A DNA stretch of 63,069 nucleotides, the filler included, from Octopus bimaculoides (Eukaryota), in the NCBI RefSeq assembly GCF_001194135.2. It is 6 parts of 6 records of this genome, joined end to end, with 100 filler letters (N's around TTAATTAATTAA, not from the genome) between each part and the next. Parts side by side here need not be neighbours in the genome. Positions count along the whole stretch, not along the records: positions 1 to 23,639 come from NC_068991.1; 5 more parts are not named here. The stretch is one strand, 5' to 3'. Position 1 is the stretch's first letter, and every line of letters begins with the position of its first letter. A program made the translations under genes and the position numbers. Below are positions 1 through 13,396 of this stretch, piece after piece. Below the pieces are notes generated by a model. The model did no database searches, had not been told where the DNA came from, and worked only from the letters and a program-made list of their open reading frames with translations.

Positions 1-365
1 ATATATATATATATATATATACATATATATACATGCATACATATAATTTAATATGTCTGTGCGTTTATTGCAAATGAGTATATAATGTGTCTATACTATA
101 AGCTTGATAGATTTTTTTCGTATTTCTGAAGTCCGTTTCCAAAAAATACTAGCATAATGTCTTAATTTACGGCATTCATAACTCAAGGAAAGGAAGTATA
201 TTCCCAACATTTTTTGACATGTGGCAGGTTAGTGTTAATATATTTAATGTATGGGCTATTAAAAAAGCTAACTAGAGATACATAAATACGCAACAACACT
301 TGATGAGAGCATGTACAATTCGTTCATGATTATCATTTTCTTATTCAAAGTGATGGATTACCAGA

Positions 366-575
366 ATCCATAGAGCGTGGAATAAAATCTTTATGGCGTT
401 TCTTCCGGCTTTATGTTCTGAGTTGAAATGCCACTGAGGTCGACTTCGTCATTTATATCCTTTCGGGCTCGATAAAATAAGTACCAGTTGTACACTGAGG
501 TCGATGTCATTGAAAAATTGGAGTGTGACGGGGGAAACTATGGAGTATGGAGGGGAAAATTCAGGAGACGAAGTG
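366..575 (+). mobile_element. SINE family A, degenerate copy
   Basis: Contains the family core GTTCTGAGTTGAAATG...GAGGTCGACTT...CCTTTCGGG..CGATAAAATAAGTACCAGT. Confidence 0.75.
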
Positions 576-701
576 CTGTTATCCTTTGAATACGTAGCGC
601 ATCGCTCGAGGTACGTACTTACATACATACATACATAAATTACATATATACATACATACATACATACATACATACATACATACATACATACATACATACA
701 T

Positions 702-1020
702 CATGATATGATGATGAGGATGATAATGATGGTGATGGCCGTCCACTCATGTCCGAAGAAGACCATTGCTGACCTTCATGGATATTGTGCGCTCTACGAC
801 TAACTTATATTTTGCATTTGCGGCTCCGTTGGTGGCTAATGAGCCCTGATCTTGACAAGCCTACACGACTGCAAACATTGCAGACCAAGCTTTCCCCATT
901 CACTATACGAGCCGTGCGCTTTCGCGCAGCTCGCTTGAGTTCTTCATGCTGGATACGTGCTCTCTCAAAAGTGTTGATCCCCTCCTTAACCCGCTTCCTT
1001 CATTTGTGGCGATGACAGGC
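702..1020 (-). mobile_element. 3' end of an RTE-clade LINE (C-terminal C2H2-like finger, 3' UTR and short-repeat tail)
   Basis: The minus strand translates to ...RVKEGINTFERARIQHEELKRAARK...LVCNVCSRVGLSRSGLISHQRSRKCKI*. This resembles the RTE/BovB-type C-terminus and is followed by an (ATC)n-like tail. Confidence 0.7.
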
Positions 1021-1232
1021 ATTGTTCTCTCAGTCTTATTTCTTTACTGCCCACCAGGGGCTACCCACAGAGGGGACAAACAAGGACAGACAAACGGATT
1101 AAGTCGATTATATCGACCCCAGTGCGTAACTGGTACTTATTTAATCGACCTCTAAAGGATGAAAGGCAAAGTGGACCTCGGCGGAATTTGAACTCAGAAC
1201 GTAGCAGCAGACGAAATACCGCTAAGCATTGT
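1021..1232 (-). mobile_element. SINE family A, variant tail
   Basis: Reverse complement of the core (ACTGGTACTTATTTAATCGACC...GATGAAAGGCAAAGTGGACCTCGGCGGAATTTGAACTCAGAAC). The same tail fragment (TTATTTCTTTACTGCCCAC...GGGGACAAACAAGGACAGACAAACGG) recurs near 30620 and 47310. Confidence 0.85.
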
Positions 1233-2470
1233 TAGTGTTGAAATTCCAATGAAGGAGCCTTGGATCTAGGATAGAAACCGGCTCTTTTTCTCTTGGCATG
1301 AAATGTAGAAATAAAACGAAACATATATACAAACTAAAATATGGCATACATACATACATACATACATACATACATACACACGTTATTATCTAGAATGTGT
1401 GTATAGATATGTGCTTGTTGTTGCTGTGGTACACTATTGTTTAACGAGGAGACAATAAGATTTAATTGCTAATAATTCCGCCTTCTCAACAAAATCTCTC
1501 TAATACTCAGAAAATAATTAAACTCTAACTAATAAAGCAATGTTCTCGTTACATTCATTCATACAAACAGACAATCAAGCAAACATACGTAAGCAAATAA
1601 CGAGTAGATTTGGGCGGGAATGGAATGAAATAATGTGTGAATGAATTTATGGGAGAGTATAATGGAAGGGAAAACTAATAAAGATGGTTAAAATAAATAT
1701 AGGTGTATATATATTTCGTTGTGGAACAGGCGCAGGTATAACTGTCAGGTTAAGATGCTTGCTTTGTAACCATGTGATTTTGTGTTCAAATACAACGCGG
1801 CACTGGCAAGCTGAACAATCACTTTATAAGTGAATTTAGTTCATGAAGATTGTGTCAACGCCCGCCGTTTATTATCTCATATTTTATTTTTTACCATAGA
1901 AACAGAAAAAAATATTGATTTAAAAAGTAATTGTGTTACGAAGCTACAAAATTTGGGGCAGGGGTATAATAATCGCTTATACTTACCACAATCTAGATTG
2001 GTAATTATTTTATCGATCTTATCAAGATAAATGGTGAAGCTGGTCCCGATTGTATTTGAACTCAGGGTGTGACATAAGGCGGTGTAATAGTTTGTCTGAC
2101 GCTCAATTGATTTTATCGCATCCTCGGGTCTGTGAGAACCAAATTAGAGGTCACAGGTTTTATTCACGTATAATCGATACGATCAATAATTTAACGAATT
2201 TGCTTTTCAGTTGATCAAAGCGTTGGAGGTAGCACTCATCATCAAAACTGTTGACGAGTGTTCCAAAATACTGTCATCTTTCCAGAAGTGATAAAAAAAA
2301 AAAAGCTGCTTGGTATTGAATGGATGACACAAAAAAGTCGACTTCGGCTAAGATTTGAACTCGAAACGTCAAACAACGAAACTAATCATCGTGGGATAAC
2401 AAATGAAATATTGATGCGTGGCAGACAGTGTTGAGATGTTTTTAATTGCAATACATTATATATGCTTATA

Positions 2471-2690
2471 AGGTGGCGAGCTGGCAGAATCGTTAGCACG
2501 GCGGGCGCAATTCTTAGATGTATTTCGTTTGTCATTACGTTCTGAGTTCAAATTCCACCGAGGTCGACTTTGTCTTTCATCCTTGCGGGGTCGATAAATT
2601 AAGTACCAGTTGCGTACTGTGGACTCTCTAATCGACTGGTTTCCTCCCCTAAAAATTTTGAACCTTGTGTCTAGAGTAGAAAAGATTATT
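2471..2690 (+). mobile_element. SINE family A, full length (tRNA-derived head, Meta/MESC-like central domain, ATT tail)
   Basis: A-box TGGCAGAATCG, B-box-like GAGTTCAAATTCC, core GAGGTCGACTTTGTCTTTCATCCTTGCGGGGTCGATAAATTAAGTACCAG and tail AGAAAAGATTATT. More than 10 copies occur in the window. The domain name is from recollection, not from an alignment. Confidence 0.9.
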
Positions 2691-5600
2691 TCTTATATTG
2701 TCTGTTCTGGGTTACATTACTTATACACACTCATCATGTATTATTTATTTATCTATTTATTTAATCCTGTGCATTAGATTGTTTCAAATGTACGAAATAC
2801 AACAACTACACGATACATGCTGTAGCACTGGGGATGTTAATTTAATTTACTTATTGAGAAGGCGACAATTCACTCTGTCACTACTTCGAGTCACATTTGA
2901 CAAGCCACATGCATAGCTCTATACACGTAAATTTTTCGGCATGTCATTTCATTTCTCGTTTTCAGATTAGCCAGAAGCAAATCATTTCTGTAAAAGCTTC
3001 CCCAGCGCAGCATAGCAAACTAAATTGCTAGTCATTAAACTAGATCACACGTTTAATGCGTTGAGTGGGTGGTTGAACTAACAGGCTAGTTCATTAGTTT
3101 TGTGGTCGCTTTTGTTATATGTTTAAAGCCATAAGAGCGTTTCAAGATTATTACTGAAATGTCGGTTTATGTACTGTGGTCTAAATCTGCTACAGATATT
3201 TACTAGTATTTCTGAGGGTGAGGTGGGGTGGGGACTCTGTTCCTTGTTATCTCATTTGGTGCGCATCTGTAAAAAACTTAGATGGATATTCATTAGTTTG
3301 TACGATGGGTGTTCCAGTTGTTTAATCAACTGAACTTATAAATATATTCGTTAAAATGAAATGTCGTAAGTGGCTGAATATTCCAAAGACACGTGAACAC
3401 TTCCCAGGGAGAATCAATGTGGCACGGTGTGGAGGTGTGGGGCAAGGTCTGCTTTTTCAATTATGGGTAAAAACTCATCCCGTGGGCTTCTGCATGTTTG
3501 TGTTTTGTGACTCTCCACCCGAAGGATGGAAGATAAAAGCAGATTATCACCGTGAGATTTGAAATCAGAAAATAAAAGAGCCGTTACTAAGTGCGTAANN
3601 NNNNNNNNNNNNNNNNNNNNNNNNNNNNNNNNNNNNNNNNNNNNNNNNNNNNNNNNNNNNNNNNNNNNNNNNNNNNNNNNNNNNNNNNNNNNNNNNNNNN
3701 NNNNNNNNNNNNNNNNNNNNNNNNNNNNNNNNNNNNNNNNNNNNNNNNNNNNNNNNNNNNNNNNNNNNNNNNNNNNNNNNNNNNNNNNNNNNNNNNNNNN
3801 NNNNNNNNNNNNNNNNNNNNNNNNNNNNNNNNNNNNNNNNNNNNNNNNNNNNNNNNNNNNNNNNNNNNNNNNNNNNNNNNNNNNNNNNNNNNNNNNNNNN
3901 NNNNNNNNNNNNNNNNNNNNNNNNNNNNNNNNNNNNNNNNNNNNNNNNNNNNNNNNNNNNNNNNNNNNNNNNNNNNNNNNNNNNNNNNNNNNNNNNNNNN
4001 NNNNNNNNNNNNNNNNNNNNNNNNNNNNNNNNNNNNNNNNNNNNNNNNNNNNNNNNNNNNNNNNNCAGCAAACAAAACAAGAAGAATTAAAAAAAGAGAA
4101 AAAGTGACAGAATTAATCTTCGTAGAAAAAAGGCCGATGTAATCAGAGAATGAAACTAAAGTAGTAGCGGAGAAGGGGAGGAAGACAAAGAGGGGAGAAG
4201 GAGAAGGAGAAGAGATCTAACCATTCGTTGTTGATACCCCGCCGCCCTTTATCTTAACGCAATATATTATCGACATCAAAGCTTGCATTTCATTGACTCA
4301 ACACAGTTTTTTTAGCACGCACCAATTTAGTACAGTTCGGTGCCAGACTCGCTGAAAGGACCATTATTGCGTTCCTGACAGTATTATTATTTTCTTCTTC
4401 TTCTTCCTCTCCTCCTCCTCCATCTTCTATCTACCTTAATTTTCGCTTTTCAGTGAAGCAAAAATATATATATATACATAGGCACACCCTTTATTTGGAA
4501 AGATAACAACATTATTATGAAGTCTGACGTTAAAAGACGTTCAGTGTTTCTTCTTGATGGGCTTTGAGAATATTAAGGATTATATGTCTGTATCTCCTAA
4601 CAAAATTATCTTAACGAAAACAAGATGTTGGTAAACCTTTGTGTTATGAGTATAAAAACGTGGTCGAAGATTTGTGTCCAACGCCAACGAATACACACAG
4701 ATCCACGAAGAACAAACCATCAAACATTCACGCTCTATCAATAGAGTCACAAATGTAAACAGTTCAGATAATTTTGTGTACATACATACATACATACATA
4801 CATACAGTCCTCTATTGCGTAAAAAAACTCCTTTCCCTTTTTCTAACCATTCTCGTACGCACACACCATGCACACAGGCATTATATATATANNNNNNNNN
4901 NNNNNNNNNNNNNNNNNNNNNNNNNNNNNNNNNNNNNNNNNNNNNNNNNNNNNNNNNNNNNNNNNNNNNNNNNNNNNNNNNNNNNNNNNNNNNNNNNNNN
5001 NNNNNNNNNNNNNNNNNNNNNNNNNNNNNNNNNNNNNNNNNNNNNNNNNNNNNNNNNNNNNNNNNNNNNNNNNNNNNNNNNNNNNNNNNNNNNNNNNNNN
5101 NNNNNNNNNNNNNNNNNNNNNNNNNNNNNNNNNNNNNNNNNNNNNNNNNNNNNNNNNNNNNNNNNNNNNNNNNNNNNNNNNNNNNNNNNNNNNNNNNNNN
5201 NNNNNNNNNNNNNNNNNNNNNNNNNNNNNNNNNNNNNNNNNNNNNNNNNNNNNNNNNNNNNNNNNNNNNNNNNNNNNNNNNNNNNNNNNNNNNNNNNNNN
5301 NNNNNNNNNNNNNNNNNNNNNNNNNNNNNNNNNNNNNNNNNNNNNNNNNNNNNNNNNNNNNNNNNNNNNNNNNNNNNNNNNNNNNNNNNNNNNNNNNNNN
5401 NNNNNNNNNNNNNNNNNNNNNNNNNNNNNNNNNNNNNNNNNNNNNNNNNNNNNNNNNNNNNNNNNNNNNNNNNNNNNNNNNNNNNNNNNNNNNNNNNNNN
5501 NNNNNNNNNNNNNNNNNNNNNNNNNNNNNNNNNNNNNNNNNNNNNNNNNNNNNNNNNNNNNNNNNNNNNNNNNNNNNNNNNNNNNNNNNNNNNNNNNNNN

Positions 5601-5784
5601 NNNNNNNNNNNNNNNNNNNNNNNNNNNNNNNNNNNNNNNNNNNNNNNNNNNNNNNNNNATAAAATATACAAGAATAAGGGCAGAGAATCGTCAATTAATA
5701 ATAGAATTAACAATTAACAATTCTGCCAAGTAGTTCAGTATGAAAAAAACCTTTATCGGTAAGACTATTTATCATTATAAATAT

Positions 5785-5895
5785 ACAGGGATTAGCAATT
5801 GAGTTGCTTCTCCAACATACTGAAAATTTAGAAATAGCAGTCAAAGAACTACTGATTCCAAACTACAAATTTTCTCTAAAGTGGATGGCGATATT
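5785..5895 (+). repeat. ~110-bp dispersed repeat, also at 33541-33650
   Basis: Shared GGGATT...GCTTCTCCAACATACTGA.AATT.AGAAATAGCAGTCAAA.AACTACTGATT.CAAA.CTACAAATT...GCGATATT. Confidence 0.8.
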
Positions 5896-5924
5896 GCGAA
5901 GACCTGTTGGGGCAAGTGAAAGCG

Positions 5925-6385
5925 AAAGCGTGATGGCACCTGTACCAGTGGAGCGCTAAGAGCACCGTCCGAGCGTGATCGTTGCCAGAGCATCTGTCTG
6001 GCTTCCGTGCCAGTGGCACGTAAATAGCACCGTCCGAGCGTGATCGTTACCAACGTCGCCTTACTGGCACTTGTGGAGGTGGCACGTGAAAAGACATTCG
6101 AGCGAGGTCGTTGCCAGTGCCGCTGGGTTGGCTCCTGTGCATGTGGCACGTAAAATACACCATTTTGAACGTGGCCGTTGCCAGTAGCACCTGACTGGCA
6201 CGTAAAAGCACCCACTACACTCTCGGAGTGGTTGGCGTTAGGAAGGGCATCTAGCTGTAGAAACTCTGCCAAATCAGATTGGAGCCTGGTGTAGCCTTCT
6301 GGTTCACCAGTCTTCAATCAAATCGTCCAACCCATGCTAGCATGGAAGGTGGACGTTAAACGATGATGATGATGATGATGATGAT
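5925..6385 (+). mobile_element. RTE-type non-LTR 3' UTR or derived non-autonomous element
   Basis: Ends GGCGTTAGGAAGGGCATC.AGCTGTAGAAAC...CCAACCCATGCTAGCATGGAAGGTGGACGTTAAAC-(GAT)n. Its 5' part contains imperfect internal repeats of GGCACGTAAA..GAGCGTGATCGTT. Confidence 0.65.
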
Positions 6386-7000
6386 ATATATATATATATA
6401 TATATATATAGATATATAGATATAGAAAGTATTATCTAGAATGCCTACAAAAATATGCTGAAATAATATAACTGCATACTTTTGCTTGTATTGAAGATTA
6501 TAGTTTTATGATCCTACGTCCGTCTTGAGCTTTCTCTACTCGTCTATGACGTCAGGAACTAGCATCGACATATTTCTAAGATATGTTTATTCATTAAAGA
6601 TATCTGTCTTACGGGACACAAAGCCAAAATATCTCGAAATAGACATCGAGGTATGTAATGCAAAACATCAATGATACGGTACAATAGCTGCGGCATTAAA
6701 ATCCAGAACTGTCAAAGATATAATCCTGCTCGCCAAGACTCAGATATAGAAAGCAACCAATCATATTTAACGGGCATACACACAGACGCGCGCGCACACA
6801 CACACATAGGGATGTGAGTTCAAGTCTCATGGTTGGCCGCCGACAGATTTTTCTGCAAAATATGGATAGTTTATTCTGTTCATGTTATATTATTAGCATT
6901 ATCCTGCGTTTGAGGATAAGATTATTTCCTTATCCGTATCTTTTAATACATCTCAACGCTTCTAAAGCAAACTTCGTTTGTTGACTCTCAAAGTAAGTTG

Positions 7001-7036
<36 letters not shown>

Positions 7037-7543
7037 TAAATTCAACTTCCACGCATGCACTCTCCGTCAACCAAATTCGCTCACAATGTATTGGCTGGCC
7101 CGGGGCTAAAATAGAAGACTTGCCGCCAGTCCGATTTACCGAGCAATGGAACTGAACCCGGAACCCCTTGGTTGCAAAGCGAAGTATTTAACCGCACACC
7201 CACCGCTTCCTATTAAACAGCCGAAAGAAACTTCTTTTTTGCACGAACTCGTTCGTTTATTTTTGATCTTAAAATATTCCCATCGCAACCCACAAATTTG
7301 CTTAACGTTTGTTTGATCTCCTTAATTCAAACATAACATCAGATGAAAATAGTAAAATTCTTTGGCTTTCATCTACGCTTTCTTTTAGATACAATTAATT
7401 ATCACGTAAGCATGTTGGTGCATTTCCATCTGTCCCACCTTAATTATGTTAATAATTTCAGATCTTTAAGCAGTTACGATGCTAAAATGGCGCGGCGCTG
7501 CAACACTCCTTTATGTTTCTTTTTTGGATTAGTATTATTATTA

Positions 7544-7614
<71 letters not shown>

Positions 7615-7665
7615 TGCTGTTGTTGTTGTTTTCTTCTTTTTCTTTGTCTTCTTCTTCTTGATGTC

Positions 7666-7698
7666 TTCACAAAAGTCGGTTTCGATTACAGGCAGTGA

Positions 7699-7751
<53 letters not shown>

Positions 7752-7900
7752 TCAAAAAATACCTTAGGAATGAGAACCCAGGTTCGAAATTTCCCCCACC
7801 TGATGAAGGCTGGAGGTTATATCAGTCGAAACGTTGTATTAACAACAAACAAGATGAGGACAAATATCCGTCAAATGTAAATAATGTAAATAATGTAAAT
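7666..7900 (+). mobile_element. Probable PLE pseudo-LTR or terminal fragment with a hammerhead-like motif and (AATGTAAAT)3 tail
   Basis: CTGATGA at 7800, 6-bp stem GGCTGG/TCAGTC, GAAACGT at 7828, and a terminal AATGTAAAT repeat. Confidence 0.5.
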
Positions 7901-10189
7901 AGAAACACCACTACACTTCCCAACCCTTACACATACTTATGTCACCTCTTTGCCTTGCACACACGCGCAAGCGCGCACACACACACACACACACATACAC
8001 ATACACAAACACACACATACGCACGAGTATAGAATACACGCACACAATGGCCTCCTACGCATACACACACACACACACACAAACATCAGGCTCACTTTTG
8101 TCCCCCTTGCCATTCACGCCTAAGGCGACCTCGTATCACTTCCGGTCATTACAGTATGCCGTTACGGTTATATCTACAGGCGTTTCTTTCTCCATTTTCC
8201 TACACAGGTTTTTTTCTTTTTTTTTCTGTCTTTCGTCTATCCTATCTTTCAGATAAAGAATATATTTTCTAAATATAAAAGACTTTTCCTTCTTTTTCTC
8301 CCCATTTCGTGAACGTTAACCTAATACACTCTAATTTTTTATCTCGTCTTCGCGATATATATTTTGCTACATATACACGTACATACGTGTGTGTGTGTGT
8401 GTGATAGTAAAGAAGTTAACACCTAGTTCCTGACAATTTCTATATTTTATGTGTCAGTGAGATCAGAAAATACTGAAAACAAGCTTCTCAGAGAATCTTG
8501 CCAAACACTAAAACCATGACACTATCAAAACTGAAAGTCTTGCCATAGCTTACATAGCACCATACCGTGTAAGTCACGTGGATGAGTGTATGTGTGTTTG
8601 TGAGCGTGCGTGCGTGCGTGTGCGCGTGTGTGTGTGTGTGTGTCTGAATTTATGTATGAGTAGGCAATGTGTGTATGATTAAGCATGTGAGAGGTGAGAG
8701 AGAAAGTGGTAGGGGGAAACAAAAGTTAAGGAAGACTAAGAAAGAGATGGGGGAGGGTGACCGAGGAAAAGAATACTGAGAATGAGGGGGGGAATAGAGA
8801 GAGGAATTAATAGATTAGTTGTTAGATAAAGAGAGGGAGAGGGAGAGGCAGTGTGAGGGACCGAAGAAAAGAATAAAGAGATGTGATAAAGGGGAATACA
8901 AAGAGCGCGGGATTGATAGGTTGATAGATACAGGGAGAGACAATGAGAGGGGTTACGGGGAAAGAGTATAAGGGAAAGGTGAACGAAGAGAGGAATTGAT
9001 TAGATAAGTTGTTAGATAGAGACAAAGATTGATAGATAGGTTGTTAGTGAGAGAGGGAGGGAGACAGTGAGAGCGACTGAGAAAAAGAATACAAATAGAA
9101 GTGAGGGATTGATAGCTAGGTTGTTAGGAAGAGAGAGTGAGAACAGAGAGAGAGAAATATACTTAAAAGAAGTGCAGAACGAAAAGAAAAAAGAAAGAAA
9201 ACAACAACAGTCCGGACGTTACGTGTTTATGTCTGTGCGTGTATGTATGTATATATATATATATATATAAATATATNNNNNNNNNNNNNNNNNNNNNNNN
9301 NNNNNNNNNNNNNNNNNNNNNNNNNNNNNNNNNNNNNNNNNNNNNNNNNNNNNNNNNNNNNNNNNNNNNATATATATATATATATATATATATAAATGTG
9401 CGTGTGCACATGTATATGTATGTGTTTGTTTATGTGGTGTTTGTGCGCGCGTATATCAATGTGTGTGTGTGTGGTGTACGTGCGAAATATGCATATATTG
9501 GAAAAATACCAGTTTATTAACGAATATGTAAAAAGGCAAGGAAAGTCGAGAGAGAAATAAACAGTTTGAGAGAAAGGAAAACACACACATTTTCCATTTT
9601 CCTATACAATACACAAACACACACACATAATATATAAGTAGGTGAGGTAAAGTGCAGGGTAGAACGATAAGGGTTAGTATATGAAACAACTTCTATCAAG
9701 TTACAATAACAAACTTAAGAAATGAGAACAAATATTTTTGCATAAAAACTAACGGTAATGATAGCGATAATAATATTTTGTTATTATTGAGCAGAAAGGC
9801 CCAAAGACGTTGGGGACATAACAAGGACGAGATACAAAGTAGTGGGAGGTACATCGTGTAAAATAGGGGATTTGCAACAACAACAATAACAACAGATAAC
9901 ATTGCCAGCATGCAATATAGTCAGGAATTTGCGATTGTTTGTTATCTCTTCTAGACTTAATCGGGGCTGATATAGAATCAAAGCCATGACCCTCCCTCAT
10001 CAAAATTGTCTCGATTCATATTATGTAATGTGTCCCATAAGTTTTTAAAGATGGTTTTGGTACCATTTAAGGAACGTATGGCAGCAATTTCGTGTAGATT
10101 TGGTGACTATTTAGAAGCTACTTCAATGGTCTGAAGAGTCTATGGGAGAAGGTAACTCTTTACTCAACGTTGGTTAATGAGATTTGATT

Positions 10190-10960
10190 TGCTATTAATT
10201 ATATCAGATTTACGCAAATTATATACATCATAAGTAACTTTATACGATTGTTCTTTGCATATAATAGACCATGCAATTTCATACTCAATCTCTTTGTCGG
10301 CAAGCATCAATAGAAAACTAGCTAAAGATGTAAAATTAGCTTTACTCCTACCTCTAGAGTTGCATATGTGATGATAATATCTTCATTTAAACTTATTTGA
10401 GGCAGCTCCAATATATTCATAGGCGTTTTTAAGTGCACGCGTGACATTCTTACTAAAACAATATCCATTCAATGGACACAAAGATCTATTCCTAACATTG
10501 CAAAGTTTATTTACTCGATTCGATGTGTTAGGGTTGTTATTTACAGCCGTACTAAAATGTGTGTTATCTTGATTATTAGATCTCAGTTGAACAATGCTGT
10601 TATTTAGATCAGTAGTTCCCAAACCTTTTCGGGCTGCCGCCCCCTTAACACCCACGCCACATTCCTTGCACCCTCAGTGTTTGTTAAATATCTTACTGTA
10701 CAGACTAGATGTCGGGAAACGCTTGTCCAAAGGTTTGAAAAATTCCGTGGCGATTTAAGTTATTAAACTTAATTCACAAGATGGATTAAACCAGACAATG
10801 TTTCTCTTACGTAATCATTTATAATTTTTATTTCTGCTCATATTAGTTCGAGTTGGGTTAACGACAGGGTGAATAATATTTGCTTTAGGTTTATCAGTTA
10901 GATATTTCGTATTTCCTCATTCAAGATTAATTGCTACCATAGTGTCAATTAATACATTTT
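10190..10960 (-). mobile_element. Penelope-like element (PLE) relic: RT-linker plus GIY-YIG endonuclease, disrupted
   Basis: Minus-strand peptides KRNIVWFNPS...KRFPTSSLYSKIFNK, CNVRNRSLCPLNGYCFSKNV...YEYIGAASNKFK and RYYHH...FTSLASFLLMLADKEIEYEIAWSII follow the known PLE C-terminal motif order. Confidence 0.75.
10613..10680 (+). mobile_element. hAT (Charlie-like) element terminus inside the PLE relic
   Basis: CAGTAGTTCCCAAACCTTTT..GGCTG..GCCCCCTT resembles hAT-Charlie-type TIR starts; no partner TIR was found. Confidence 0.5.
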
Positions 10961-13396
10961 ACGCCAGGCTGCCCCACAATGTCAGTCACCAAACTCACTC
11001 ACAAAGCATTAGTCGGCCTGAGCTTATAGAAGACACCTGCGCAAAGTGCCAAACAGTGGGATTGAACCCGAAATCACGTGATTGCAAAGCGAGCTTCTTA
11101 ACAACACAGCTAAGCCTGTAAAGTGACTTTATATANNNNNNNNNNNNNNNNNNNNNNNNNNNNNNNNNNNNNNNNNNNNNTATATGTATGTATATATATA
11201 CTGGTTATGAAATATGAGCTACACCTAGCTGACACCATAACCAAGCTTCATAACGAGTTGGCTAGTTACACCTCTTTTAATATAATTACTCTTGTAGCTG
11301 GAACAGAAAAATTCTGTGAAGCGGAACCGGTACTTAATGGAATAGATCTATAGTAATAACTGATTTGTAGGTAATTGTACTGTCTGGAATGATATTAGAA
11401 AGAGCTTTCAGATTTCATTGACACACGTTTGTTTGCAACGTAGATGAGGTTAAATATTATCAGCAACAGCTTCCGCTTTCAAGTGAGAGCTGCTTAACCA
11501 AATAAATTACATTGATACCTCTACCCATTGACAAAAAAAATGGAAGATCTACCCTATGTACTAAGTGAAAAGTAGTTGTTATCGTCTCAGCCCTACTCCC
11601 GCTTAGGTTTTAGTGCACTTCGGTCGGTTGGTGACCCCCTTGACCTTGTATAAATTTCTATTGCATAATACAATATATACCTAACTTTTCTACGTATATA
11701 TACATGTATATGCTTGGTATATTTGTAAACATTTCAGTTACGGCATATAATTATCAGCTATAGCGTCCATTTCTTCGTAGAGCGTAGTTTCGTTCTTCAG
11801 ACCTGTGGGTTATGGGTCCAGCATGTTACCACGGAGCCACTCGGGTCATCGAGTGATTAAGCAAATATATCTTGTATTATTTTTTATCTTGTCTGTTCTG
11901 GGTTACATTGCTTTTATTACATCATCCATCATATGTTATTTATTTATTTCTATGCTTTGGACGGTTACATCTTTATCTTTTTTCTGTTATCACACAGTCT
12001 GTCATTGTATTTCAGAGTAGAATATTCATAACCACATGTACATACATATATTTGTAGGTTTGCGAGGAAAATATAAAGTTTGACCAAAAAGAAAACACAA
12101 ACTCTTATTTTTTTCCTACGTTGAATATTTGAATTCAGTGAATAAATTGGATAAATTCATTGCTTTTTTTTATTTACTTCGTTTCTCTAAATAAATTACT
12201 TAAGATCATCAACCACGTATCTATGAGTGAAATCAGCAAATTATGACGTCATAAAATAAATGTATGAAATTTTTCAAACGAAGTACAGAACAAAGGGGGA
12301 AAAATATCAAATATATTACATCCTTTTAATTTTGTGTGTTGAAAAATCGTGAATGCAATAACGTCATAACTGGAACATCTTTCGAGATCTACAAAATATT
12401 TAGCTTCGATAGAATCATTAAAATAGTGTTTGACGGACGGACGGACGATGTGGGAAACATGACTCTTATAAACAGCGAGTTTTCTATTAACTGAGCGTCA
12501 AGTGAAAGGAAATCCCCAAAATTTGTTACATGTAACATCGTTTCTTTTATTCATTGATTTGATTTTATCGAGGATGTGTAGTTATGTATGTATGCTCAGA
12601 ATGTTAAAGACGTTTCTAATTTTCCTGAGCGTCGACCTAACTTACCATGTTTGATTGTTTCTTTACTTCGTCCTCGTGTTTTCTTTCTATTCTGTATACC
12701 ACACACACGCACACACACACGCAGTTACTTAATTTAATCTCTTTGCTCCCACTGAAGTGTAGGCCATGGACACCTTTTCTCCGCTGTTCTTGACATATAT
12801 CATATCATTAATTCGCTAACTGGTCAAAGGAATTAAATACCCTGAAACATATAGTCACCTTTAATCCGCTGTCTATTTCCCACCCACAACCTCGTTATGT
12901 CTACAGTTAAATCGAAACCACGATCTTGCGATCGTGAGTGCAGCACTCTGACCACTAGGCCACGTGCCTTCTTTCATTTATTTTACTTCATTGCTATCAA
13001 TAAAATAAATATCAGCAACACATCAGATCCGGCAAAGCATATACTGTGTTCACAGACTGCAAGGCTACATGCTTGATATCCAAAGTTTCATTTATTACTC
13101 GTCTGTTATGTCATATCCAGTAGCATGAAAGCTAAGGTCAGAGTTAGCTTATACGTTTATCTTAACATATGTCGAGAGATAAAATTACTCTGAAACTATC
13201 AGATATTACTTGAATAGTTTGTAGAAGTGATAAGAGCTGCTGTAAGATAATCAATATTGTAAAGTAGACAATTACACTCCCCCGTGCTAATTGGAAGGTG
13301 GGAATTTGTTAAAGACCATTTGGTTCATTGGATAACCTGAGTGAACTCTGGGAGGATGGGGTCTAACAATTCACACAAATTAAAAAATACCAAATG

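Noticed and set aside
12241-12254. Perfect palindrome TTATGACGTCATAA (CRE plus GTCATAAA)
   Set aside because: It sits in a segment with (GGAC)n and other features suggestive of a non-autonomous DNA element, and a single short palindrome is not enough for an enhancer call.
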